Origin: Wolbachia endosymbiont of Cimex lectularius
Lineage (GTDB): Bacteria > Pseudomonadota > Alphaproteobacteria > Rickettsiales > Anaplasmataceae
Direction: 5' to 3'
NCBI RefSeq assembly: GCF_000829315.1
Contig: NZ_AP013028.1
Span: 390,001-422,000, forward strand
DNA: 32,000 bases
The position numbers were made by a program, and so were the translations under genes. Under the pieces are notes generated by a model that did not search any database, was not told the DNA's origin, and was given only the letters and a program-made list of their open reading frames with translations. Position 1 is the first letter of the stretch. Every line of letters begins with the position of its first letter. Of this stretch, positions 1 to 9,699 are shown piece by piece.

Positions 1-1488
1 GATGGACGCTATATCACACAAGCTCGCAATCAGCTCGATCAGGGTAGTTTTCAAGTATATAATATACAAGAAGAGGATCCATGCGAATGGGTAAAAGCAA
101 ACTTAACATTGACCACCTCACTAGGTTACTATTTGCAATATTTTACCGTAAAAGAGATAAGAAAATATGAAGATATTTATAAATTGGTACCCTATTCAAT
201 TAAAAAAGAAATTAGTCGTAGAGAACAAACGATAGTTTCGCATACATCCGGTAAAAGTAGTAAGAATAAATGTGAAAAAGTCGCTAAAAGCATAGATAAA
301 GAAGCTGAGGCAGTGCTTTTGACTGATCCAAATTCAATTTCATGGTTATTAAATTTAAGAAATGAAAATGCTAAATATACTCCATGTATACTAGGCCGCG
401 CTGTATTATATAAAAGCGGCAATGTTGATTTGTTTGTTCAAGACAAAGAACATTCAACTATAGAAGCAAATTTAGATAACCATATAAACGTTTTTGATGT
501 CAGTGAACTGGAAAGTTCGCTGTGCAAGCTAAATTCAATAATGATAGATCCAAGCACAACTCCAATGAGTATTATGACTGTAATACAAAATAAGCAGGTA
601 GTTGAAAGAGAGGATCCTTGCTTGATTCATAAAGCAGTAAAAAATCAAATTGAAATAACTGGGGCTATAAACGCACACATTCGAGATGGAGTAGCAGTTA
701 CAAATTTTCTATGTTGGCTTGAAAATAATATTGGCAATGAAGTCACTGAACTTAATGCTGAAGAGAAGCTCTTAGAATACAGAAAAGAGCAGGATTTGTT
801 TAAACAACCAAGTTTTCCAACAATTTCTGCATTTAATGAAAATGGAGCAATCATTCATTACCGTGCAAGCAGTAAAACGAATAAAGCAATTCAGAAAGAT
901 GGACTGTACTTAATTGATTCTGGTGGTCAATATCTTGACGGCACAACCGATGTTACAAGAACTGTAGCAATTGGCAATCCAACCAGTGAACAGATAGCCC
1001 ACTATACGATAGTACTCAAAGCTCACATTGCTGTGGCAAATGCCGTCTTTCCTCTTGGCACTACTGGTGGCGAATTGGATATCTTGGCACGTATTCACCT
1101 ATGGAAATTTGGAATAGATTACATGCACGGTACAGGACATGGAGTGGGAAGCTATCTATCAGTACACGAAGGACCACAGGCAATATCAAAAGGAAATAAA
1201 GTGAAACTTATGCCAGGGATGATACTCTCCAACGAACCTGGTTATTACATTCCAGGAGAGTATGGAATAAGAATTGAAAACCTGATGTATGTTGAAAGGC
1301 AAGAAAACGGCTTCTTAAACTTTAAACAATTGACCTCTATTCCATATGATAGAAGGCTAATAGATGTGCAAATGCTTGCCCAAGATGAAATTAAGTGGAT
1401 AAATAGCTACCATCAATTTGTCTATGAAAACTTAGAAAATAGTGTCAAAGATAAGAAGTGGTTAAAGGGAGTATGCAGTTCCTTATGA
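1..1488 (+). CDS. M24 family metallopeptidase / Xaa-Pro aminopeptidase, 5' end outside window
   Basis: Reading frame is open from base 1 (DGRYITQARNQLDQGSFQVYNIQEEDPCEWV...) into the 109..1488 ORF; metal-binding style motifs LIDSGGQYLDGTTDVTRTVAIG, HGTGHGVGSYLSVHEGP, LSNEPGYYIPGEYGIRIENL. Confidence 0.93.
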   Translation, partial: DGRYITQARNQLDQGSFQVYNIQEEDPCEWVKANLTLTTSLGYYLQYFTVKEIRKYEDIYKLVPYSIKKEISRREQTIVSHTSGKSSKNKCEKVAKSIDKEAEAVLLTDPNSISWLLNLRNENAKYTPCILGRAVLYKSGNVDLFVQDKEHSTIEANLDNHINVFDVSELESSLCKLNSIMIDPSTTPMSIMTVIQNKQVVEREDPCLIHKAVKNQIEITGAINAHIRDGVAVTNFLCWLENNIGNEVTELNAEEKLLEYRKEQDLFKQPSFPTISAFNENGAIIHYRASSKTNKAIQKDGLYLIDSGGQYLDGTTDVTRTVAIGNPTSEQIAHYTIVLKAHIAVANAVFPLGTTGGELDILARIHLWKFGIDYMHGTGHGVGSYLSVHEGPQAISKGNKVKLMPGMILSNEPGYYIPGEYGIRIENLMYVERQENGFLNFKQLTSIPYDRRLIDVQMLAQDEIKWINSYHQFVYENLENSVKDKKWLKGVCSSL

Positions 1489-1610
1489 GCGAAAGAGCAG
1501 CCTTTTCATTGTTTAACAAAGTATTAATGTAGCTGCGATGGGCATTTTGTATTGTTTTTAATTTGAGAACGATGTATAATAGAAAATACGTATTTTAAGT
1601 AGGTGTAATT

Positions 1611-1982
1611 ATGACAGATAAAGCGCAAGGCGATGAATTTATGAAGCAGTATATGGATACTTGCAAAGAGCAAATAGAAAAATTAGCCAAGGATCCTGAA
1701 TTGCTTAATCAGACCTTAAAGCCATTCATGCAAATGTCTCAGCAGCTTATGGCTGGTGGTATGTTAGACGGAGCTATGCCTGACATGATACCTAGTTTAG
1801 GTAATATGGATATTAACAAGATGATTACTCAGATGAAGGAGATGATTGACTACATAAAGGGTAATTATAAGGAGCTCATGAAAAAGGATAACTCGCAGAT
1901 TCAAGAACTTGATGAATCCAGTAGAAAACTGAGAGGTTTGGTCAAGAAATTGATAGAAAAGATCGAAAGTAGCAATAGCTGA
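1611..1982 (+). CDS. conserved-looking small hypothetical protein, 123 aa, Met-rich
   Basis: Intact ORF with AGTAGGTG-like RBS region upstream; no recognised domain. Confidence 0.65.
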   Translation: MTDKAQGDEFMKQYMDTCKEQIEKLAKDPELLNQTLKPFMQMSQQLMAGGMLDGAMPDMIPSLGNMDINKMITQMKEMIDYIKGNYKELMKKDNSQIQELDESSRKLRGLVKKLIEKIESSNS

Positions 1983-1987
1983 AGTTG

Positions 1988-2968
1988 TCAGTAGCGTAGC
2001 AACACAGAACCCCAGGTTAAGCCCGCGCCTATTGCAATCAATAATCCCAGACTTCCTGGTCTTATTTTTGATTTTTGTATTGCATAATCAAGTGCTAGCG
2101 GAATTGATGCTGCTGAAGTATTTGCGTGTTGATCAACTGTATTAGCTACTTTTTCCATAGGAAAATCTAATTTCTTTACTACAGCTTCAATGATACGGAT
2201 GTTTGCTTGATGAGGAATCAGCCAATCAATATCAGCAATTTTCAAATTATTGCATCTTAGTGTTTCTTCTATTGAGGCTGTTAACTTATCCACTGCACAT
2301 CTAAACACTTCTCTTCCATTCATGCATATTTTTCCAGAATCACCAGTTGAAGATATTCCTCCGCTAGTACACAATACATCTACATTGCCATCAGAATATA
2401 GGTTAGCTGATATTATACCCCTTGTGGAGTGCTCTGTTGTTTCATTACAATGTACCGCGGATTTTATTACCACCGCGCCTGCACCATCACCAAAGAGTAC
2501 ACAAGTTGACCTGTCTTTCCAATCAACAATCCTAGACATTATTTCAGCACCTATAACCAGTGCATATTTAATTCTATTGTTAGTTTTTATAAGCGAATCA
2601 GCAACTGTAACTGCATATATAAAACCAGAGCATGCTGCTTGCACATCAAAGGCGAATGCGTTTTTACATTTTAACTTACTTTGCACAATAGTTGCACAGC
2701 TAGGAAAAGTTTTATCAGATGTTGTTGTTGCCACTATGATTAAACTAACCTCATCTACCGAGATTTGAGCTTTCTCTATAGCATTTTCTGCTGCACTGAC
2801 AGCTAGATCTGACGTTAATTCTCCTTCGTCTGCTATATGCCTTTGAGTTATTCCTGTGCTCTGTCTAATCCATTCATCACTTGTCTCAACCATTAGTGCA
2901 ACTTCGTCATTACTCAATGTTTTTTTTGGCAGGCAAGATCCAGTGCTTAATATAAAACTTTTATTCAA
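1988..2968 (-). CDS. fabH: beta-ketoacyl-ACP synthase III
   Basis: 326 aa; DVQAACSGFIYAV active-site Cys context, DWLIPHQANIRI, NTSAASIPLAL, LLIAIGAGLTWGSVLLRY. Confidence 0.95.
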   Translation of the reverse strand: MNKSFILSTGSCLPKKTLSNDEVALMVETSDEWIRQSTGITQRHIADEGELTSDLAVSAAENAIEKAQISVDEVSLIIVATTTSDKTFPSCATIVQSKLKCKNAFAFDVQAACSGFIYAVTVADSLIKTNNRIKYALVIGAEIMSRIVDWKDRSTCVLFGDGAGAVVIKSAVHCNETTEHSTRGIISANLYSDGNVDVLCTSGGISSTGDSGKICMNGREVFRCAVDKLTASIEETLRCNNLKIADIDWLIPHQANIRIIEAVVKKLDFPMEKVANTVDQHANTSAASIPLALDYAIQKSKIRPGSLGLLIAIGAGLTWGSVLLRY

Positions 2969-3998
2969 CGTGACTTACCTCACTGATTATCTTCTGGTTT
3001 AAATTTTCACTAATGGCATTTACTGCAAATTTTATAGCATGAGCAAAAGAAATAGCATCAGAATTTCCATGACTTTTAATGACGATACCATTTAGCCCTA
3101 AAAACATAGCACCACTTCTAATTTTAGGATTAAAACGCATTAATGCTTTATTTAGCTTGGGTTTCAACAATATGCCAACAAGTATTTTTGCTGCCCATGA
3201 GTTGAATACCTCCTGCCTTATTAAATTAATGAAAGTACTAGCGGTTGCCTCAGCCGTTTTGAGCATTACATTGCCAACAAAACCATCAGCAACAATCACA
3301 TCTACATTACCCTCTAAAAATTCACTTGCCTCTACATATCCTTTGAAGTTAATACTTGGAGCATTCTTGAGTAACTCAAAGGCTCCTCGTACTGAGTCAT
3401 TGCCTTTAACTTCTTCTGTACCAATATTTAGCAGAGCGACCTCAGGATTGTCAACTTTTAATGCTATTTTTGCAAATATACTCCCCATTAATGCAAATTG
3501 AAATAGTGAGTCAGCATTACAATCAACATTTGCACCTAGGTCAAGCAGTGCAAAGCTTTTTGTCTTAGTTGGACAAACAGATACAATAGCGGGACGATAA
3601 ATGTTTGGCAATGTTCCCAAAACAAACCTGGAAATTGCCATTAACGCTCCGGTGTTACCTGAGGATACTATCCCAGAAGCTTTGCCTTCTTTCACTGCCT
3701 CAATAGCCGCTTTCATACTTGAGTCTTTACGATGCCTCAGCGCAAAAGATGGCTTATCATTTGCAAGAACATTATCAGAGCAATGAGTAAACTCAGAATC
3801 GTTACTTACCTTCTTATATTTCGAAAGCAGAGGAGATACTTCTTTTTGATCCCCATAAATATGAAAAAAAACTTTAATACCTGGGTCAACAAGGTTATCT
3901 AAAAAAAAACTAGCACCTTGAATCAGTGAGAGAGGTGCAAAATCACCTCCCATAGCGTCAAGTGCAATGACTATGTTATTGTTGACTGTGGGTAACAT
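2961..3998 (-). CDS. plsX: phosphate acyltransferase PlsX; likely start at MLPTVNNNIVIALDAMGGD (ORF track extends to 4061)
   Basis: IALDAMGGDFAP, SSGNTGALMA, NIGTEEVKGN, ADGFVGNVMLKTAE; adjacent to fabH and rpmF. Confidence 0.92.
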   Translation of the reverse strand: MLPTVNNNIVIALDAMGGDFAPLSLIQGASFFLDNLVDPGIKVFFHIYGDQKEVSPLLSKYKKVSNDSEFTHCSDNVLANDKPSFALRHRKDSSMKAAIEAVKEGKASGIVSSGNTGALMAISRFVLGTLPNIYRPAIVSVCPTKTKSFALLDLGANVDCNADSLFQFALMGSIFAKIALKVDNPEVALLNIGTEEVKGNDSVRGAFELLKNAPSINFKGYVEASEFLEGNVDVIVADGFVGNVMLKTAEATASTFINLIRQEVFNSWAAKILVGILLKPKLNKALMRFNPKIRSGAMFLGLNGIVIKSHGNSDAISFAHAIKFAVNAISENLNQKIISEVSHVE

Positions 3999-4008
3999 AT
4001 CATGATAG

Positions 4009-4191
4009 TTATTCTGCCTGTTGTTTGATGAAAACCCGTTTTCCTTTGTAACTGCCATCAACTGCTATATTGTGAGGTAACATAAACTCCCCAGTTGTTG
4101 TGCATACCACAATGTTCTTAGGCTGAACAGCATGATGAGAACGATGCATATCACGCCTTGACTTTGACTTTTTTCTTTTTGGAACTGCCAA
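4009..4191 (-). CDS. rpmF: 50S ribosomal protein L32
   Basis: 60 aa MAVPKRKKSKSRRDMHRSHHA...; canonical rpmF-plsX-fabH order. Confidence 0.95.
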   Translation of the reverse strand: MAVPKRKKSKSRRDMHRSHHAVQPKNIVVCTTTGEFMLPHNIAVDGSYKGKRVFIKQQAE

Positions 4192-4487
4192 AACTTCCTC
4201 CGTTATCTACCGAAAATTCTACCAATCTACTAGTAACATGTTTTTTACAAGAAGTAAACAGTGATAGTAAAATAAGTAAGGTTTATCTATGCTCCTAAGC
4301 TTTAAACTGGGCATCTCAGTCAAAAGACCTCTTGCATTATGGTTTTAGGAGAAACGTACAGTTGTACGAACGTTGTGATTTGAGCCACCAAGAGGGCGTC
4401 ATGAAAGTAGCCCCTTCTTCTGTCATTCCAGCGCGTGACGCATAGCTGTACGAACATTCTTAAAAAGAGTATAATGAGAGAAAAGTA

Positions 4488-5590
4488 TTGAGGTATGAGA
4501 CGTTTTACTATAAAGAAATAATATCAAAATTGCCAAAGGTAGAGCTGGACAAAATAGGTAAAGCTGTTGGTGTCGATTACAAGGTTAGCAAACTTACAGG
4601 GGAAAATATATTTAATTTGCTATTATATAGCATATTGGAGAAAAATGAGCTGAGTTTGCGCACTATTGAGGAAAATTATCGCCGCATGTTTAACTTAGAT
4701 ACACGTCATTCATCAGCTGCAAGTCGTTTGAAAACAATACCTATTGAGTACTTTGAAAAGATTTTTTTGTTTATTTTACAGAGTTTTTGCAGCTAAAAAG
4801 ATCAAAAGAAATTGATGATCGTAGATTCAACAACACTTCAGCTATCAAGCAAATTATTGCAGCTTGGCATTCCCTGCAAAAACACAAAATATTGCCAAAA
4901 AAACATGATAAAATGCACAATTGCAACAGATGGAAGATTTGCAAAGCTGCTTAATTTATGTACTCAAGCAGAGGGTTTTTCAGATAACAAATTGTTCCGA
5001 GAAGTGTTGCTCAATCACGGTAAAGAGTCGATTTGCATATTTGATCGTGGATTACAAAAACGTGCAACTTTTGAGGAGTTTATAAAGGAAGGCATACATT
5101 TTATTACCCGCGACAACGATAATATTCGCTATAAAATAGTACAAACCCACCAAGAGGTCAAAGGTCTGAGAACGGAAGCACTTGAGCTGATGGAGGATGT
5201 CATAGTCAGATTGGAGCAAAATGGTTCGAGATTTTTGTCATTTGAGATCAGGTTGATTAAAGCAAAAAGTCAGGTAAATGGTGAGGTTCTCACATTTCTA
5301 ACTAATATTTATGGAGTGTCTGCTATAGAGATCTGTGACCTCTATAAAAAACGTTGGTCAATAGAAGTGTTCTTTAAATTTATCAAGCAGGAGCTCAATG
5401 CAAAGCATTTTCTTGGTACAGCAAAAACACCATTATGGTTACACTGTACATGATTCTCATAGCTTCCATTTTACTAACAGAGTACAGAAAACGCAGTGGA
5501 ATGGAGAGCTACAAGTTCGTTAGGCGTGCTTTCATGAACGAGCTTATACCAACCTTCATTATTGGGAAAACAAATAGGACATATTACAAA
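4488..5590 (+). pseudogene. IS4-type DDE transposase remnant
   Basis: 4488..4796 and 4812..5453 are in one frame separated by TAA at 4794-4796 (SFCS*KDQKKLMIVDSTT); a frameshift near 5445-5455 separates the C-terminal reading ILIASILLTEYRKRSGMESYKFVRRAF; YKKRWSIEVFFKFIKQELNAKHF signature. Confidence 0.82.
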
Positions 5591-5778
5591 TTTGCTTATA
5601 TCCCCCAATTATAGACAAGACGGCATCTTTTTAATTTGTCCTATTACCAGTGAAATTTGGTATTAGACTTGAAATCCTGAAACCAGTCATTGAATACTGT
5701 GGTGGAAATCCGGACAAAATCTACGATTATTACCTTGTATCTTGTAAAAAGCATCTAATGTTTTAAGCTTAAGCATTA

Positions 5779-7501
5779 GAACCTGTTTAAAATCTTGGAA
5801 ATGTGAGGTAAAGTAAGCATAGATTAATAATGAGGTGTCTATGCAGAAAAGTTATCCAAGTAATATAAGTCAAGAGCAGTTTGAAAAAATCAGGCCAATT
5901 TTGGAGAGTAGCAAGCAGAAAACAAAACCAAGAAAACTTGATTTGTATGACGTATTTTGTGGGGTGTTGTACGTCTTAAAAAGTGGTTGTCAGTGGAGGA
6001 TGTTACCAAAGGGTTTTCCAAGATGGGAAAGCGTATATTACTATTTTCGAGTGTGGAGTAAAAAGAATGGAGAAGAGCCAAGCTTGTTGGAATTAGTCTT
6101 AGAACCTGTTTAAAATCTTCGTAACAGGAGAGAAATGAAGGAGAGGACTATCATCTGTAAGCTAGTGTTGAGCTTCCGCTCGCAATTTTTCCACAATCGC
6201 CTGCACTTTTCTAACCAGGCAAAAGAGCGTTCAACAACCCATCTTTTTGGCAATACGACGAAAGTGTGTAACTCACTTCGCTTATTACTTCAACAGTCGC
6301 ACCAATGATAGCTTTTATTTGTGTTGCAAAATTTTCTCCTGTGTAGCCAGCATCAACCAGTATGTTTTTAACTTCAGAGAGGTTTGCTTTAGCATTTTCG
6401 ACCATTTTCACAGCACTGCTACGGTCAGTTGCTTCTGCCGTTGTTACATAAATTGCATGTGGCAAACCTTGTGTATCAACTGCAATATGGCGCTTTATCC
6501 CTGAAATCTTTTTACCTGCATCATAGCCTTTTTTTTTCAGCAGTATCTGCGTTTTTAACGCTTTGAGAATCAATTATACAAAAGCTAGTTTTCTCTTTCC
6601 GACCATTGCTGATACGGACCTCTCCAACTAATTTTTTTTAAGACTAATTCCAACAAGCTTGGCTCTTCTCCATTCTTTTTACTCCACACTCGAAAATAGT
6701 AATATACGCTTTCCCATCTTGGAAAACCCTTTGGTAACATCCTCCACTGACAACCACTTTTTAAGACGTACAACACCCCACAAAATACGTCATACAAATC
6801 AAGTTTTCTTGGTTTTGTTTTCTGCTTGCTACTCTCCAAAATTGGCCTGATTTTTTCAAACTGCTCTTGACTTATATTACTTGGATAACTTTTCTGCATA
6901 GACACCTCATTATTAATCTATGCTTACTTTACCTCACATTTCCAAGATTTTAAACAGGTTCTTAAAAAAAATTAGTTGGAGAGGTCCGTATCAGCAATGG
7001 TCGGAAAGAGAAAACTAGCTTTTGTATAATTGATTCTCAAAGCGTTAAAAACGCAGATACTGCTGAAAAAAAAGGCTATGATGCAGGTAAAAAGATTTCA
7101 GGGATAAAGCGCCATATTGCAGTTGATACACAAGGTTTGCCACATGCAATTTATGTAACAACGGCAGAAGCAACTGACCGTAGCAGTGCTGTGAAAATGG
7201 TCGAAAATGCTAAAGCAAACCTCTCTGAAGTTAAAAACATACTGGTTGATGCTGGCTACACAGGAGAAAATTTTGCAACACAAATAAAAGCTATCATTGG
7301 TGCGACTGTTGAAGTAATAAAGCGAAGTGAGTTACACACTTTCGTCGTATTGCCAAAAAGATGGGTTGTTGAACGCTCTTTTGCCTGGTTAGAAAAGTGC
7401 AGGCGATTGTGGAAAAATTGCGAGCGGAAGCTCAACACTAGCTTACAGATGATAGTCCTCTCCTTCATTTCTCTCCTGTTACGAAGATTTTAAACAGGTT
7501 C
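5779..7501 (+). mobile_element. IS5-type element (860 bp without insert) interrupted by a second copy of itself
   Basis: Ends GAACCTGTTTAAAATCTT.../...AAGATTTTAAACAGGTTC; flanked by TTA direct repeats (5776-5778, 7502-7504); 323 bp + 537 bp halves rebuild 860 bp. Confidence 0.93.
6102..6961 (-). mobile_element. nested IS5-type element, 860 bp, minus strand, inside the 5779..7501 copy
   Basis: Same terminal inverted repeats, TTA duplicated at 6099-6101 and 6962-6964; ORF1 at 6585..6905(-); second half frameshifted ([17 protein letters not shown]). Confidence 0.94.
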
Positions 7502-7527
7502 TTACACAAATTTATTGAATGTAGTTG

Positions 7528-7606
7528 GTTAGTGTATATGTTGATAAGTAAATTGGTTTTATACATATAAGACAGCAGAAATTTACTTATCAACATATAC
7601 ACTAAC
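7528..7606. repeat. 27-bp perfect inverted repeat with 25-nt spacer
   Basis: Arm 7528-7554 GTTAGTGTATATGTTGATAAGTAAATT; arm 7580-7606 AATTTACTTATCAACATATACACTAAC. Confidence 0.95.
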
Positions 7607-7706
7607 TATAATTTGTATGCCGCTACACAGTTGGAAGTATTTTTTGATTTCACAATACAGCTAAGGCAATTTAGATCCAATTTTTATAATTTTCTTGTTG
7701 ACTAAC

Positions 7707-9088
7707 AAGACGGTTGTAAGTTGGAAATGTGATATAAAAGAAGCAAGAAGGAAGATAACCTATAAAAATGTGGTTATCACAGGCTTGAGCGACCGTAAGA
7801 CAAGTAGTATTACACATATGTAGATATCAAGGTACTCAAGCCTATCCTTCGAGACGTTTGAATAGTTGTTTGGGACATACATATGCACCCGTTTACAATC
7901 TTAAATTTTAACTTAAACTCTCGAGGTTCTTTATGATTACATCTTATCAAAATTTTATTGGCATTGATATCGGAAAACTTGAATTCGTTACTGCAGTTAA
8001 TGAACAAAAAGGTGTCATCAAGTTTGACAATAATTGTGCTGGTTGGAAGCAATTCTACCAGAAATTTTCAGATATCCTACCTAATTCCATGGTAATCTTG
8101 GAAGCTACAGGAGGTTATGAGCTTGGCTTATTGTATTTTCTTATTGACAGAAATATTGCTGTACACCGTGCTAATACTCGTCAAGTTAAAAACTTCATTC
8201 TATCTCATGGAACTTTGGCAAAGACTGACAATCTGGATGCAAAAGCGCTTGCTCAATATGGTTCTGAGCGTTATAGACATTTGCAGCTATTTACACCTAT
8301 CTAAAAAGAGCAAACCACCTTGTTCGCACTCTGTCAACGTCGTGACGATATCACAAAAATGCTTGTTCAAGAAAAAAATAGGCTAAAAACTCCTGAAAAT
8401 GATTACATCAAGGAAAGTTGTCAACACACTATTGAGTTCCTTAACAATCAGGTAAAAAATCTCGACCAAGCTATACAAAAAATAGTCAATGAAAATCCTG
8501 AATTACAACGATGCCAAAAGATTCTTGAAACAGTTCCTGGAATTGGTAGAAAAACCTCTCAATGTTTATTATGCCTTATACCAGAACTTGGTTCTTTAAA
8601 CAAAAAGCAAGTTGCAAGTCTTGCAGGTGTTGCACCTCATCCCAAGGAAAGTGGCAAAGCTATTGGTTACCGGAAGATTACAGGTGGTAGAAGTAACGTT
8701 CGTTCAAAGCTTTTTACAGCTCTATGGCTGCTAGGAACTCCAAGTCTGAGCTTGCCGCCTTTTATTGCAAGCTTGTTGATAATGGTAAAAGAAAAATGGT
8801 AGCACTTACTGCACTTATGTGTAAAATTATAGTTATTGCCAATTCCAGACTTAAAGAAGCAATTAATTTGAACATTTAAAAATTTACACAGCAGTAACTG
8901 CAATGAATATTGTGAATAAGTACGTTCACACAGACTTAAAGTACTTATTCACATATTCATTGGCTTAAGTAAAAATTGCTGTGGTAGCTGTCTGATATAA
9001 AATCTATTTCTATGACAAGCGGGTTTTTATTGCCCATATGACTGGGTAAAGTTGCAAAATCACACAAATAAAAAATTTTTAAAAAACA
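7707..9088 (+). mobile_element. IS110-type element copy A, 1382 bp
   Basis: Sequence matches the reverse complement of 15559..16940 over the same length; DEDD transposase N-domain (IGIDIGKLEF, LEATGGYE, KTDNLDAKALA) and C-domain (TVPGIGRKTSQCLL, GVAPHPKESG). Confidence 0.92.
7933..8872 (+). pseudogene. IS110-type transposase copy A with in-frame TAA (8302-8304) and C-terminal frameshift near 8725-8735
   Basis: 7933..8304 and 8320..8802 share a frame; rebuilt C-term reads MAARNSKSELAAFYCKLVDNGKRKMVALTALMCKIIVIANSRLKEAINLNI*. Confidence 0.85.
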
Positions 9089-9345
9089 TAATTGATATCT
9101 CTATGTCCTATCTCTGTGACAATTACTGTGCGTTCTGATTGATTTACTCTGTAAACCACACGATAGTTACCTACTCTTAACCTTCTACGCCCTTTTAAAC
9201 TATAATATAGTGGTTCACCAAGGTTTATTGGATCAACTGTAAGTAGTTCATTTATTGCCTTTACTATCCTTAACCTTATTGTTTTTGGAAGATTTTGGAG
9301 ATCTTTCCTAATAACTTTTCCTACGAAGATAATAGTGTATCCCAA
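9079..9345 (-). CDS. ParE/RelE-like toxin (locus A), last three codons supplied by the IS110 end
   Basis: 88 aa, NLPKTIRLRIVKAINELLTVDPINLGEPLYYSLKGRRRLRVGNYRVVYRVNQSERTVIVTEIGHRDIN; paralogous to 17343..17657. Confidence 0.85.
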   Translation of the reverse strand: MGYTIIFVGKVIRKDLQNLPKTIRLRIVKAINELLTVDPINLGEPLYYSLKGRRRLRVGNYRVVYRVNQSERTVIVTEIGHRDINYVF

Positions 9346-9551
9346 TCTATATCCTCACTTTTAATCATTTCTGCGCTTTCAACATCACGCTCATCGGAGA
9401 TTTTAGATACTAGAAAATCCTCTATTTCACGATCTATTGCTTCTCTAAATAGCCTTTCTGCTAGTTCTTGAGTAGGCTGCTTAGTAAGCTCAACCAGTTT
9501 AGCAAAGTGCTGTAGAGTTTCTCTACTGAAAGCTACATTAGCGTTTGCCAT
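9321..9551 (-). CDS. antitoxin (locus A)
   Basis: MANANVAFSRETLQHFAKLVELTKQPTQELAERLFREAIDREIEDFL; overlaps toxin start; paralogous to the other two antitoxins. Confidence 0.8.
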   Translation of the reverse strand: MANANVAFSRETLQHFAKLVELTKQPTQELAERLFREAIDREIEDFLVSKISDERDVESAEMIKSEDIDWDTLLSS

Positions 9552-9699
9552 AAGTTTTACCGAAGTCTATTACTATAATAATTCTACAATATCTTTCTGA
9601 ATTTTTCAATAAAAAAAGTTGTTAATATATAGAACAACTATATGAAAATATATACTATAGTAACTTTTATTAGTGATACTCGTAACTGTGAAGTTAAAA

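Noticed and set aside
7790-7812. Left target guide for the putative bridge RNA
   Set aside because: Compared CGACCGTAAGACAAG with left flanks TTGACTAAC and ATGATAGAT; only scattered matches, so I do not claim it.
8667-8903. ORF MQLLLCKFLNVQINCFFKSG (also 15744..15980)
   Set aside because: Antisense or overlapping the end of the IS110 transposase; duplicated with the element.
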